This document shows positions 24,753 through 38,595 of a stretch of DNA of 64,000 nucleotides, piece after piece. Location of the stretch: contig OX597825.1 of NCBI GenBank assembly GCA_951406725.2, forward strand, positions 68,572,001 through 68,636,000. The letters run 5' to 3'. Origin of the DNA: Octopus vulgaris. Its lineage: Eukaryota. Made by a program: the position numbers and the translations under genes. A model generated the notes under the pieces. It did no database searches. It had not been told where the DNA came from and worked only from the letters and a program-made list of their open reading frames with translations. Each line of letters opens with the position of its first letter. The stretch's first letter is position 1.

Positions 24753-24754
<2 letters not shown>
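23753..24754. mobile_element. Non-autonomous mariner derivative with two inward-facing 5' ends, containing a SINE fragment
   Basis: Inverted termini ggtctgatca.taagtat. Plus-strand arm reads MTEKVE*RICIKFCQKLG. Minus-strand arm reads KVYGEECMSRTQMYE.F..F..G...RITIHELS...FVPKLLS. Flanked by (TA)n. Confidence 0.85.
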
Positions 24755-24791
<37 letters not shown>

Positions 24792-24927
24792 AATTAAATA
24801 ATAAGGGTAGAAATTGATGTTAATCAATTAAAAACAGTGGCTTAGCATATTTAAAAAATCAGAAGATTAAAAATTGTGATAACATAAAAATTTTGTAATA
24901 ATCATACAAAATTTTGTATATATATAT

Positions 24928-24988
<61 letters not shown>

Positions 24989-25057
24989 TAATTATATACA
25001 CACATACGTATATTATCATCATCATTTAACATCTGTCTTCCATGCTGGAATGGTTTG

Positions 25058-25094
<37 letters not shown>

Positions 25095-25223
25095 GAGAGA
25101 GGAAGAGAGAGAGAAAGAAAGAGAGAGAGAAAGAAAGAGAGAGAGAAAGAAAGAGAGAGAAATATTCACACTACACACACATACATACACACACACACAC
25201 TCACACACGCGCGTATGAAAAGG

Positions 25224-25260
<37 letters not shown>
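24755..25260. repeat. (TA)n, (GA)n, (CA)n and (TC)n microsatellite cluster
   Basis: Direct inspection. Confidence 0.9.
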
Positions 25261-25685
25261 TTCTAAAATAGACAAGAAACCTCAGTGTTGTAGTTGCCGT
25301 GTTTCGAAGAATGCATCACTTACTTACCTACTACCTACCAAATAATCTGTTTTCCAACATCTCTACATCATATGGTAGATAAGTCTGTCTGACAAATGCT
25401 AGCTACTTATAATTACTCTCAGTAAATGTAAAATGTACTTCAGTGTACCATTATGATTCGGTTCCACCACGAACTATGCCAAAACTATTAACTAACTAAC
25501 TGCCAACCTCGTCAGTGAGTGAGCCTCTGCGTGTTTTACACAATCTACTTAATATAGCAGCCAAATTAGCCTTAAATCGTAATTGTTGGCCACTGGATGG
25601 AATTATAATGTGGCTGTGGGTGCACTGTGCCATGTGTAAAAGGCAGGGTGGTAGCAGCTGGAATGTCTTTTTAACTGCAGGTTTA

Positions 25686-25699
25686 TCCACCACCAGCAC

Positions 25700-25731
<32 letters not shown>

Positions 25732-25843
25732 CCACCACCGCCGCCGCCGCCGCTGCCACCGCCGCCACCACCACCACCACCAATGCTGAAATCACTATTA
25801 ATCATGTGATACCACAATCATCACCATCTTTGCCACCACCACG

Positions 25844-25880
<37 letters not shown>

Positions 25881-26008
25881 CCATCATCATCACCATCACC
25901 ATCATCATCATCATCACCACCATCATCGTCACCATCATCGTCACCATCATCGTCATCATCATCATCATCATCATCATCACCATCACCATCATCATCACCA
26001 CCACCACC
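25686..26008. repeat. Compound trinucleotide array (CAC/CAG/CGC then CAT/CAC)
   Basis: Direct inspection. Confidence 0.92.
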
Positions 26009-26069
26009 TGCACTGGTTGCCAATGGGGAAATCCCTATGCAGTAGCTTGATCAACTATAAATAATAGCT

Positions 26070-28531
26070 ATGTCTTTTCATCTTATGTCACTTCCATCCA
26101 TGTCTTTTGGTCTGATGTCTTTTTGTCCGATGATTTTTTTTTGTCCAACAACTTTCTGTCCAATTTTAATTAAACTCTTTAGAAAACAGGGTGAAATATC
26201 TCTAATGATATATTCACAGAACTATAACGAGTCAGAGTCATGTTATAGGTTTGTTATTGTTTGTTTTCTTTCTCTGTTAACAGTTTTACTTTCTCCTTTT
26301 CCTTCTTTCTCTTAAGTATGGTGCTGTGTAAAGAGAGTGCTGCAAATTTAGTGTACACATTTTTAATTTACTCATCCCGAAATGACAAAGTTCATAGTAT
26401 TGACCAATAACAAAATAAAAGTAGTGGATGAAAGTAATTACGTCTACGTTAGGAAGGGCATCCTGGCAATAGGAAGGGCATCCAGCTGTAGAAACTGTGC
26501 CAGATCAAGATTGGTGCCTGGTGCAGCCATCTGGTTCGCCAGCCCTCAGTCAAATCGTCCAGCCCGTGCTAGCATGGAAAGTGGACATTAAACGATGATG
26601 ATGATTTTCATTCAAGCAATGCAAATCTAGGAAAGGAATACTGGAGATGTAAGAAAAGAAGGCTATGTTCAGTGTGAATTCTCACCGTAATAGAAAACAA
26701 TGAGCTGAAAATTATTTATTTTTCTAGTGAGCTGCACCTTCATCCAGCTGATGCAGATTCGTTAAGTGCTAGAAAAGCAGTTGCAGAAATAAAGCATGAA
26801 GTGGCGGAAAACATAGCAGCAAGTTCGTGTAAGTTTATGCAGCTGACAGAAAATACTTGCTCTCAATTTCCTCATTTGCCTGTATTTTCTAGGACTATTC
26901 AAAGGTGCTGACAAAGAAAAAAAAAAAATTCCAGAGGCTAGAACTCGTTTTGAAATACCTGAAGAATATTGTAAACTTGATAATGGCGAGCAGTTTCTGG
27001 GATACAATTCGGGTATCGAGGATGAACAGCGCATACTAGTATTTGCATCAGAAAGTGCTCTTCAGGATATAGCATCATATTGTCATTGAGCATGTGATGG
27101 AATGTTTAAAATTGTGCCAGAATAGTGGTTTCAACTGTTAAGCATTCATGCACAAGTTAAAGGTAGCAGTTTTCCAAAGGCTGCGAGCTGGCAGAAACGT
27201 TAGCATGCCGGGCGAAATGCATAACCGTATTTTGTCTGTCGTTACGTTCTGAGTTCAAATTCTGCCGAGGTTGACTTTGCCTTTCATTCTTTTGGGGTCG
27301 ATAAATAAAGTACCAGTTTCGCACTGGGGTTGATGTAATCGACTTAATCCCTTTGTCTGTCCTTGTTTGTCCCCTCTATGTTTAGCCCCTTGTAGGCAGT
27401 AAAGAAATATATAGCATCATATTTTCATTGGGCATGTGGTGGAACATTAAAAATTGTGCCAGAACAATGGTTTCAACTGCTAAACATGCATGCACAGGTT
27501 AAAGGTAGCAGTTTTCCAAGAGTCTTTGCATTACTGCCGAATAAAAAAAAGCAGACCTACAAATTACTTTTCGAGCAATTGAAAATTATGCCACCTAATG
27601 CATATCCACTTGATCCCATGGCAGATTTAGAAGTTGCAGTTCACAAGGCATTTAATTCATCATTCCCTAACTCATCTATTGTAGCATGTTTGTTTCATTT
27701 GTGCCAATCAGTATTTCGAAAGTAACAGATTTAGGCCTCAAAGAAAAATACAATAAAGACCCTGAATTCTGTCTTAAAATTCAACTTTTTCGGTTTTTCA
27801 GCATTAGCCTTCTTACCTGTTGAAGATGTCAGAGAGACCTATGAAGAATTAATAGACAATGAAGAACTACCTGCTGAATTCATCGCTTACTCTACCTTGA
27901 CTTACATAGGTGTTGTGAGAGGATGTGGTGCTAGATGAAGGAGAGAACCACCTACTTTTTCAATAGCTGTATGAAATGTTAATCAGTGTATTCTTCAAGA
28001 TTTTCCCAAAACCAAATAATGCTGCAGAGGGGTTTCCTTCTGTGATAAAGTGTTCGGTGGGTGGAGCACATTTGAATATTTGGAAATTAATCAAAACTCT
28101 GAAGGAAGAGGAAGGGTTTGTTCAAGGTAAAATGATACAAATTCTTCGAGGATATCTGTCAAATTCATGTGACGATATTGAAGAATAACTGAATACCTCA
28201 AAATATTGGTCACTGAATATGGGTCAACAAGAAAAATTGATTTTTTTGAAGAGTGTGGCATATAATTTGCATCAATTTTAAGTCATTGTAATAAATCATT
28301 AGTTATATCTTATTAAGTTTTTAAAATGACATTTTTTAAAACTACATTTTTCCACAATATTTTATTTGAATCCTATCAATAAAATTCTCATTTTTGATTT
28401 TCACGTTCACCTTGTTTTCTAAAGAGTTTATTTAAAATTGGACAAAAAAGCGTTGGACAAAAAAAAAATCATTAGACAAAAAGTTGCTGGACCAAAAGAC
28501 ATGGATGAAGTGATGTTGGATAAAGTGACAT
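26070..28531 (+). mobile_element. Mutator-like (MULE) DNA transposon, about 2.5 kb, with decayed transposase and two nested retroelements
   Basis: Inverted termini of about 130 bp (26070-26195 and 28405-28531) with ttttgtcc repeats. Transposase motifs DG.FK.VP.QWFQL..H, FALLPNKKKQTY, DLEVAV..AF...FP....ACLFHLCQ, NNAAEG. Confidence 0.88.
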
Positions 28532-29279
28532 CGAAGGAAAAATCAGGTCATGCTTCCTTCAAATCCTATTCCATCACTTTTAAAAAAGGGAAGATTTTTC
28601 TCATTGTTTTACTTGCTTCTAATAATTTAACAAAAAAAATATGCTTCTAGTTGTTTTTCAAATTACTGATACCGTTTGTTGGATGCAATTCCTGATAAAA
28701 TGGAATTTGAACTCAAGATGCACAGAAATGCACCAGACACTGCAAAATGCCCTGTCCAATGCCCTAACAATTCTGAAAATCTGTCAACCTGGACTGGTAT
28801 TCTGTTTATCAATTTAAAAATATGAGAGGCAAATTTAACCTTGGTAGGATTTGAACTCAGAATGTAGTGAGTCAGAACTAATACTTTGAGGCACTCTATC
28901 CAACATGCTAACATCTGCCATGGATGCCAAGCAGTGGTATTGAATCCAGGACTTTGTGGTTGTGAAGCAAACTTCTTAACCATTTGGCCATACTACACCT
29001 ACATACACATACATATATGCACTTATATAGATATGCTTTTTTTTAATTCACCCTTTTTAAGCCTAGCCAGGCTCACGGGCCTGGTCTCCCGGTTTCTATG
29101 TGTTCCCCCCAGCTGGACAGGATGCCAGTCCATCGCAGCGTTACTGAAGAAACAGGAAGAAAGAATGAAAGTTGGCGCCTGCCGGAGCCTCGTGGAGCTT
29201 TTAGGTCTGGAATCGAAACCGCGATCCTCCGACCACGAGTCCGCTGCCCTAACCACTGGGCCATTGCACCTCCACATAT

Positions 29280-29494
29280 AGATATGTAGACACACATATA
29301 TATGCAAGTATGTGTTGTGTGTTTGTGTGTGTGGGTGTATGTGTGTGGGTGGGTGTATGTATGTATATATATATACACATATATATATGTATACACACAT
29401 TATATACATGTGTGTGTATATATATATATATAATGTACACACACATTATATACATGTATATATATATATATATATATATGATATATATATATAC

Positions 29495-29526
<32 letters not shown>

Positions 29527-29640
29527 GATATATATACACGTTTATATATATATATATACATCATCATCATCATCATCATCATCATCGTTTAACGTCCGTT
29601 CTCCATGCTAGCATATACGTTTATATATATATATATAAAT
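29280..29640. repeat. (TG)n/(TA)n/(CAT)n microsatellite cluster
   Basis: Direct inspection. Confidence 0.9.
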
Positions 29641-32600
29641 ATCAAGAAATGGAGATATTACAGACAAGAGGAGCCAAACTGCCTGAATGATTTACTTTAC
29701 AGATTTATTTTATATAATAAAAAAAAGAACTTGAAAAATAAAAGTTAACATTATTAAATTTACTTCTTAATCTTGTATGCTTTGCAATTTCTTTAGAAAT
29801 ATTGCAGAGCGTGGAAAGGATTCTGCTTTAAATGCGGTATTAGTCTTAGCATATCTCTTTAGCATATTCTGTTTCTTCTTTTTCTTTTATATATATATTT
29901 CCTGGCAGTGGGTGAAGATTGCAAATTCTATTAATACGTGAGGCAGTATTTGAAAGTTGAATCTTCATATCAGCTTTCATAGCTAATCTGTTTCTGAATT
30001 TTTTGGTTTTGCTTTTGCTTTTGGTTTAGGTGTAAAATAACGAACCGAGTCTCTCATAAATATTTTGATTGAAACAGACCCAACCCGTAAATCGTATCTT
30101 CAAGTATGTACGGTAAATTGGAAAGATCATTAGAATGTAAGAAGATAAAATACCCGGTGGTATTTGTTTTGTTCAACTCTCTACACTTTGGGTCAGTAAA
30201 ATATATACCAGTCCAGAGTAGAGGATTAACACTATACAGATTAATAGATTACAGATTAGTATTCTGCTAATGAACAGATTTGTGATATTTGTTCTTTTCT
30301 TTTTAATTAAAAAAAAAAAATTAAATATGAGTTCTTGAGTGGTAAATTCAGAGCTTCTAAGAGAGAGGTTCAGCCAGTACATCAGCCTGGGGTCTAGAGA
30401 GTACAGCAAGGGGTCTGGAAAGCCATGAAAGCTCCAGAGAGCTAAGGAGGGACCTGGAGAGCTATGAAGAGGTTTTGTGAGCTATGGGCTGGAGAGCTAT
30501 GGAGGGATCTGGATAGCTATGGAGGATCTACAGAGCCAGGGAGGATTCTGAAGAGCCACAGGAAGAGTCTGCAACAATACACTGGGCTTATTCCATTAAC
30601 TAAACCTCATAGCTCCCTTGAATTTGGAGCAGAACCCTTTTCTCAGGGCTCTGAACATAGTCTTGTTCTGCTAGCCAAATTTCTCTTGTAGCCTCTGGAT
30701 AGACTCAATCCATTTACTTGGTTTAGTGGAGGCACATAGCTTAGTGGTTAGGGTGTTGGACTCATGATTGTAAGATTGTAGTTTCAATTCCTGGACTGGG
30801 CAGCATGTTGTGTTCTTGAGAGCAAAACACTTCATTTCATGTTGCTCCAGTTCAATCAGCTGGCAAAAATGTGTAATCCTACAATGGACTAGCATCCCAT
30901 CCAGGTGGGAAATATATACACCATGAAACCAGGAAACTGGCCCTTATGAGTTGGTAGGCCTCAAAAAGGTAGCTTTGCCTTTACCTTTACTCTCACTCCC
31001 ACTTAGACATTTCCCACCCATTCCTTTCTCTTCCTCTTGTTACTCTAGATCCCACACTAATCACAATACTTGGCCCTTCATTTAGTTAGGGGACAACACA
31101 GTCCTGATACTTATCAAAAGGGCTGGTGTCTGGGGTATGAAAAGTATGGCAATGGCTCCATAGGTGTATGATATTGTGTGTGTGTGTGTGTGTATGTATA
31201 CACACACATGCACACACACACATACATGCAAGCATTGAAAAGTGGACATTAAATGATGATGATGATGATGATGATGATGAAAGCTGTTTTAAACCTTTTA
31301 AAAGTTGTTTAACAATGCTGCAAAGAAAGGCCATTGATATAGATGCAAACTGAATTTTTGTCTCCTCAGGACCTAAGGCGACCAGGTGGCCGAAGAGATC
31401 ACAAAAGGTATGTCTTCTAGCTCTTTACATTCTGAGTTCAAATCCTGCTGAGGTCAACTTTACTTTTACACTTTTCTGGTGTTGGTAAAAATAAAACAGA
31501 AAAAAAAGTATTCTTTCACAATTACTGGTGTTGTACCTAAATGAGAAGTCTCACAAAGAGAGGGATAGGTGGCAAAAAAAATTTCCTTAATATTTTAGCG
31601 ATGGAATCTGGTATATTTGTCAATTAGAAAACAACTGGCGTAATTTCTACACAAATACTAGGTATTATTAACATTAAAATGGCGGTGCCCCAGCATGGCC
31701 ACAGCTCATGAGCTGAAACTAGATAAAATTAAAAAAAAAATAAAAAATAAAAAATTAAGAATGTGGTTTCTGATTGATCTCAAGATCTGATGGGTCCCTA
31801 AAGTACCAGTGCCTGGTGACAAACATCAGTGCTAATAAGAATTTTGGTGCAAAACTAAGCAACCAATTGTGAAGGTATTTTATTTAATAGGGGACAAGAA
31901 AACTCAGTTATAAAAACAGAAAAAGCCTACGTTGTTTGTTTTGTGCACTTTTAATGGCTCCTCTCCCTCCTCCTCCCCTCCCTTCCTCTCTACTGGTCAC
32001 TCACATTATGTCCGCTCCCTAATTCCATTCAACACTAAACTATGAAGCCAGTTCTTCCTTCTTCCTCTCCTGAAGGGCTGGCCCCATCCACTGGAAATTC
32101 TTCTCATTACCTTTTTTTTTTTCTCTACAGTCGATGACTTGTCGTAACTGTTGAAGAACACTGATCTTGGAGGTCCCTACGAAAACAATGGGACAGTCCT
32201 TTTCTTTCAAACCAATGTAAAAGTTGTAGAATTATTGTCATTTAATGACAAATCAGAAAAAAACTTCTATAACTTGTGTCAATGAAATTCAAACTAAAAT
32301 GGTATTTTATTGTCTTTACATATTTTTTTTGCTAACATAGTCACAAGGCAAAAAATTCTGAAAGAAATAGGTTAGGCTATAACATTGAACCAGTATAATA
32401 CTAAGTACTTTATTTTAGTGACGCAAGAGGGATAGCAGGCAGAGTTGTTGATTTTTGAGAAATTAGATCACAGAATGTAAAGAATCAGGTGCAGGAGTGG
32501 CTGTGTGATAAGAAACTTGCTTCCCAATCACATGGTTCTGGGTTCAGTCCCACTGCATGGCACCTTGGAAAGTGTTTTCTACTATAAACTCGGACTGACT

Positions 32601-35442
32601 AAAGCCTTATAAGTGGATTTAGTAGATGGAAACTGAAAGAAGCCCATCATTATATATATACATATATGTATGTATGTATGTATGTATGTATTTGTGTGTC
32701 TGAGTTTGTCCCCCCATCATCGCTTGACAATCGATGTTGGTGTGTTTACGTCCCCGTAACTTAGCAGTTTGGCAAAAGATACCAATAGAATAAGTACTAG
32801 GCTTACAAAGGATAAGTCCTGGGGTTGATTGTTTTGTTATCTTACCAAAGAAGATCTTACCATTCGTTCAATAGAGAGATCAATGAAACTATGTTAAGTT
32901 TACTGAAGTCTCTTCTCTTGAGAAGTTTAATTTGTTGGCCCTACACCACTTACCCACAATCAATGTTTTTGATCAACCCCCTTTCAATATCACAAACACT
33001 TTGTAACTGATGCCAGAACACTGCTGATAAATACTTTGTAGCTGCAGTCCCCAACCTTCTTTGTATCACAGACGGGTTTCCTGCAAGACAATTCTCCCAA
33101 GGAGCGAGGAAACACATAAATAACAAAACACAAAGTGCATAATATATAATTTAATTATTACAAAATATAATACGTATATAATGCAAGAACACACTGCAGA
33201 CTGCAATAATCAATAAAACAGAAATAAACTTTTAAAATTCATTCTTTCTGTGTGGTTTGGTACCAAATAATCTACGTCCCAGTACTGGTCCATGCACGGC
33301 CCAGTGTTTTAGACTCATGCTGTGTGAGACACCATCTTTTACTGGGGAACTTCTATACCAAACTTTCTTGAAGAAATTATCCAGTTTTTTTTTTAACATT
33401 TACATATTAAATAGTACATTTGGTAATTATTTCCGGTATGGATTGCTGTCTGTCACATTTAGGTATAATTCTAGTTCATTTTTGTATACTTTAGTTGTCC
33501 ATTTTTTGCTTCCAGTAAACATTGCTTTGTGAGGGTTCACAAAATTCTTTGATGAGCATCTCCTATTAGGTTTTTTTTCTTCTAATCTCTCCTCTCTCTC
33601 TCTTCACATGGTATCACGGATCTCGGCTTTGATGTTATTGTGGGATGATGTCAGCAGCTGGGAAACTGACCAGAACTTGGGGCCCTTTCGATCGGGGTAG
33701 TTGACAGAGCTGGACGTGTGAGCGCTTTGTCATGGTAGGGGAAAAGCAGCAACTATTTCTAGCGTTCGGGTTGGGCCATGTGGAAGGGCGCGTTACCGCT
33801 GGGGAGGTCTGCGTCGACGAAGAGAAGGTAGGTGTCCTTATTTCAAATCTCCCACATACACCACAAGCTATTTCGGCCAGCTCCCCAGCTGCTGATGTCA
33901 TCTCACAGTTGTCATAAGTGACTTTCAATCCTTTTTCTTTACCTGTGACAGTAATCCATTTTTTTTAACAATTGCTCTCAATGAAACTGTACATGCATGT
34001 ACGAGGGGTGTTGAAAAGTTCCTGGCTTTCGATAAAAGAAAATACTGGAGGATCAGTTAATTATGATTTTATTAAACATTTCTCCTCTCAGATTCACACT
34101 CTTATTGAGGCAGTCCTTCAGTTTTTCTAAGCCCTGTTGAAGAATTTGGAAGGTTAAGCCTCTAACCAAGCCTTTCACGACACCCAGCATCCCTTCATAT
34201 TTCTTTTTGCTTCATCTTGGTATCCTTCTTTCTAATGTGGAACATCTCTATTCAGTGGTATAGCTAGAGTGTGTGCCACCAGGGGCATTTCAATTTTCTG
34301 CTCTTCCAGGTCCCCAAGCCTATGTAAGCTTATAAAGCAGACCTAAAAGTGCTGTCCCCTTTAGCTAAGCTACTGTTTCGATCCCTAGACTGTATTTGGT
34401 ATCAGCAATGGCTTGTAGCTTTCTATTAATTATCACATCTTGGTATTTTGTTGTTCTGAGCTCTACGGCTTTTAGTTTGACCTGAATTATTTCCAAAGCC
34501 AGCTTAGTCTCGATTTTTTTGTAAACTCCTTTCCATTGTTCTTGATATTCACGCCAAAATATTTTCAGGTGTCTTTGCCATACTTAGATAAATTCTCTTC
34601 TCTAACTGACCACCTTGGGTCACCAGCAGTTCAGACCACATAACAGATGAAAAAGCCTTTGTTTAGCTTGATCTAATATTATAAATATAGAACCCAAATA
34701 CAATTCTTACTCTTTGTATCCAGCATTTGCTGGAGGAGCATCACATTCTCTCTTTTCATTCATGACATATCAATAAAGCACTATACAATTCTCACCCTCT
34801 CTACTTGTCAATCCAGAGAGGTAAATTCTCTTACTCTTTCACTCTCCTTCTTTCATTCAGTCTCTGAGCAGTCATCTATAGATGAACATAGCTATGACAT
34901 GGACAACAAAACTTCAACTAATCCTCATTCAACAACTCAAAGCAGCTGTTTTAATACTGTAACTATAAAATAAACACCATTTCAGCTATTATTTTTTCAG
35001 TCATTTATTCTATGGACTTCGGAAACAACCAACTTATCCATTACGTTCTTGGTGATCTGACATTTACCATACATCCTATCAACTGTTGCATTTAACAACT
35101 CCAACTTGCCAACCATTGCATTTCCCTACAAACTGTTACATTTCTGGTAACTTTGTGGCTCTTTTAAAATGTTGTTATCAGTTCATAGTATTTGGTTTGT
35201 TCAGTTGCTTTTGGCTATGCAATCCTTGGACACTTTCCACCTGTAATTTTCTAGAGTTCAATGAACTTACAGTACCCTTGAAGGCTAGACTCAATATTTC
35301 TCACCTGCTAAAGAAAACCAATTATCAGAAGTTGATTGACAAGTCACTTGTCAAGAGATGGCATGCAGTTTCATACCATAATGAAGTCACTATTTACATT
35401 ACTTACATTCGACAGTTATTTGTTCTCATCTTGTTTGTTGTT

Positions 35443-35488
35443 AACACAGCGTTTCGGCTGATATACTCTCCAGTCTTCTTCAGGTGTC
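35443..35488 (-). ncRNA. Degenerate minimal hammerhead-ribozyme-like motif (third family), inside a repeat at about 35390-35560
   Basis: Minus strand: GACAC-CTGAAGA-A-GACTG-gagagtatat-CAGCC-GAAA-CG-CT-GTGTT. The U16.1 position is C in this copy. Confidence 0.5.
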
Positions 35489-35733
35489 TTGGGGAAATTT
35501 CAAACCTGGGTTCTCATTCCTAAGGTATTTTTCAATGTTATTATTATTATTATTATTGTTATTTTTCAGGTCACTGCTTGGAATCAAACTTGGAATCTTG
35601 GGGTTAGTAGCCCGCGCTCTTAACCACTATGCCATATAAATATGGCATAAATATAGAACTGCATAATGAAGTCAACTGCTGTGGCTTTCCCGCTAGATCA
35701 ATACACTACTTCCTGCAGAAGATTGATCTAGAA

Positions 35734-36322
35734 CAGGGGTTCTCAACCCTTTTTTATCTATGGACTCCTTTGATTACTGTTTTATTCTGGTGGACTCCCA
35801 TAGCCATTTGATGCCTAAAAACTAGTTTTATAGAAACTTCTTTCAAAATTCCTATTTTGTTTTGCACACATGGTTGAACAATGTAAGGCATTAGAGAAAG
35901 AAATCTATTTCTTGAAAAATATACCAATACATACATCTAAAGTAAAACTTTTTCAGGGACCCTTGGAATATTATTGTAGATCTCCAGTTTACTATTTTTT
36001 TGCGTGAACCCCAAGAATCTCATAGGGACCTTCATAAGGCGGCGAGCTGGCAGAAACGTTAGCACGCCGGGCGATCCTGTTTGCGAAATGCTTTGCGGTA
36101 TTTCGTTTGCCGTTACTTTCTGAGTTCAAATTCCGCCGAGGTCGACTTTGCTTTTCATCCTTTCGGGGTCGATAAATTAAGTACCAGTTACGCACTGGGG
36201 TCAATGTAATTGACTTAATCCGTTTGTCTGTCCTTGTTTGTCCCCTCTATGTTTAGCCCCTTGTGGGCAATAAAGAAATAAGGGACCTTCATGGACAAAT
36301 GGACCCCTGTTGAGAACCACTG
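35734..36322. mobile_element. hAT (Charlie-like) MITE with a nested family-B SINE
   Basis: TIRs CAGGGGTTCTCAAC and GTTGAGAACCACTG; 8-bp TSD atctagaa/atctaaaa. Confidence 0.85.
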
Positions 36323-37822
36323 ATCTAAAACCTAAACAAGTGAAGAAAGCTATTGAGATAGGCACAATAGCTGAAAACAGCTCAAGGTGGCTATGGTTGA
36401 TAAGAGACAAGTGGAGCCCTTCCCATAGGTGAAGGCTAATTCGGTCCTTGCTGCCCCCACCCCTTCAAGCAAAGTGTACAGGCTAAGAGGTGAAATGCTT
36501 GTGTCCCTGACACACCTGCTGACGATACAGAAAGGTTACCAATACAGAAGAGCTTGCAAACCCCAGAGTAGCTCCTGCAGTTTCTACATGGAGCAAAGCA
36601 TCTCCGATGTCTATGTATTGTGTACATGTGCGTTTGGAGTTCAGCAAAAGCGTCCGATAGAACAAGTACTAGCCTTAAAAATAAGTACAGAGGTCAAATT
36701 GTTCGACTAAACCCATCCATATACAAATGGTACTTGCTTTATCCACTGCTCAAAATATTTTCTTAAATGGTTCACTTTATATCGCTATGTACCAATACGG
36801 TTTTCTGTTCTGTTTTGCTTGAATCTAAGTCCTTTGGCCACCAGAGATAAAGTTGGCCGATTGGCGTACTGATGACGGCTACTAAGGTAGAAACACGAAT
36901 CCACGACTGTCCTCTTTCCTTAATGGCATGTCAGCATCAGAGAAATTTTGTATTTTGAGATTATCTCCCTTCCTCAAGTGGAGCTGGTCAGAAAATACCC
37001 TTTGGTAATTAATTATGATACGGCGTCTATAGTCGGAGATAACTTTAATAAATCAAGAATTTTTGTTGTAAGGTATTTAACACTCCGGTATTTGTCTATG
37101 TTAACTAGGAGATTAATTTGAGAGGTTAACAGTAAGGACTACTCAAGTATACAAATGTTGTTTAATATCTATGATTGGATAAGGATTGTTGCTGTTGTTT
37201 TGCTACTAGCCCTTCGCCACCTCTTAGTAAGTAGTCTTATGACGAAACAATTCCAGTCACAATTAAACTGCTTTTTCCTTTATGACAATGTTATAACAAT
37301 TGGGACATCGCTAAAAGGGATCAACCGGACTGTTACCAAGGGGCCTAAGGGCTTACGTAAACTAATTTACACAATAGACTAATCTGAATGTATAACACGT
37401 TCTTGGAAGCAAGTTTGACTAATGAATTACTGGTGCGTTAACTGTTGTTGTTAGGTAGGATTGTTATAGATTTTTAGCCAATACTGCATGGGTAGACATT
37501 AGTTAACACTACGTATAATATTTTTGTGGACAGAGAAAAAAGAAAAGGCTCTAATCAGAAGCCTTTATAAGTAGTATCTCTGAGGGCGAATGAAAAGAAT
37601 ACTCAGACATTGGTGAAATCCCAACAAAGGATTGAAACTAGTCCGGCTGATCCTGTTTTTTTCTTCTTCTTCTGTACACGAAAATATTGCGAATGAGTAT
37701 CTGTAGTAGTATGTAGTCACTCATACTTGGCGGTCACGGCTGGAACGTTTTCGTAGTCATACAGCTGCTCGATTACGTCTGATTTAGAGTTAAACAAGAA
37801 AATATGCGAAAAACCAAAACAA

Positions 37823-37839
37823 ATCTATCTGTCCGTCCG

Positions 37840-37874
<35 letters not shown>

Positions 37875-37879
37875 GTCTA

Positions 37880-37966
<87 letters not shown>

Positions 37967-38030
37967 CTCTATCTATCTATATCTCTCTCTCTATCTATCT
38001 ATCTATATCTATATCTATCTATATATATAT
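37823..38030. repeat. (TCTA)n/(TCTG)n tetranucleotide microsatellite
   Basis: Direct inspection. Confidence 0.95.
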
Positions 38031-38595
38031 TATCATGCAAAATCATCAGATGGGTAAACTTTCGGCAAACCGAGTCCTTGGAGGCAGTTTCGATTCCCAT
38101 TTGAAATTAAAACGGATTTTAATCATGCCATTGAAAATGCATGCATCCCTTTATCTCCTCAATACAATTTACGAACTAACTGTGCTTTGGTATGAAATTA
38201 GTGTAGAGAATTCAGAGCACAAGACTAATACATCACAATATTTAGTATTCCCCCCCCCGTCCACCACACTCTCTCTCAATCACGAAAGACTAGATTTTTA
38301 GCTATTCGCCCGCACTACCCCCCCCCCATCACATTGCTGCAAATCATCCTTGCTCCTCCCTTGGGTCGATAACATAAAGTACAAATAGCAAACTTGCATA
38401 GCTGATTCTGTCAAACTTATAATATTACCATTTAATGAATGAATAAATAAATGAATATATGCATATATCTATCTATATATATATTACACACAATTACTGG
38501 CTTTGTGCATAAACCACACCAGAAATGATAAATATTAATAAAACAGTAAAGTAGCCTAATGCTTCACATATCCTAATCACCCCCTTATGCTAAGT

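Noticed and set aside
25496-26045. Poly-Ser, Asp, Met and Ala ORFs
   Set aside because: Trinucleotide microsatellite; no splice or homology support.
30400-30560. Degenerate ggagagctat-type repeat with a 75-aa ORF
   Set aside because: Decayed minisatellite; no evidence of coding.
33998-34190. Possible mariner-type MITE starting tacgaggggtgttgaaaag
   Set aside because: The matching right TIR is too degenerate to define.
36335-36430. Peptide VKKAIEIGTIAENSSRWLW resembling the end of an RLE-type LINE ORF
   Set aside because: Too short to support a call without a database search.
36862-36906. CTGATGA...GAAAC...ATC motif resembling another hammerhead
   Set aside because: Helices I and III have mismatches and helix II needs a 4-nt bulge. 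It may be a decayed copy but cannot be supported alone.
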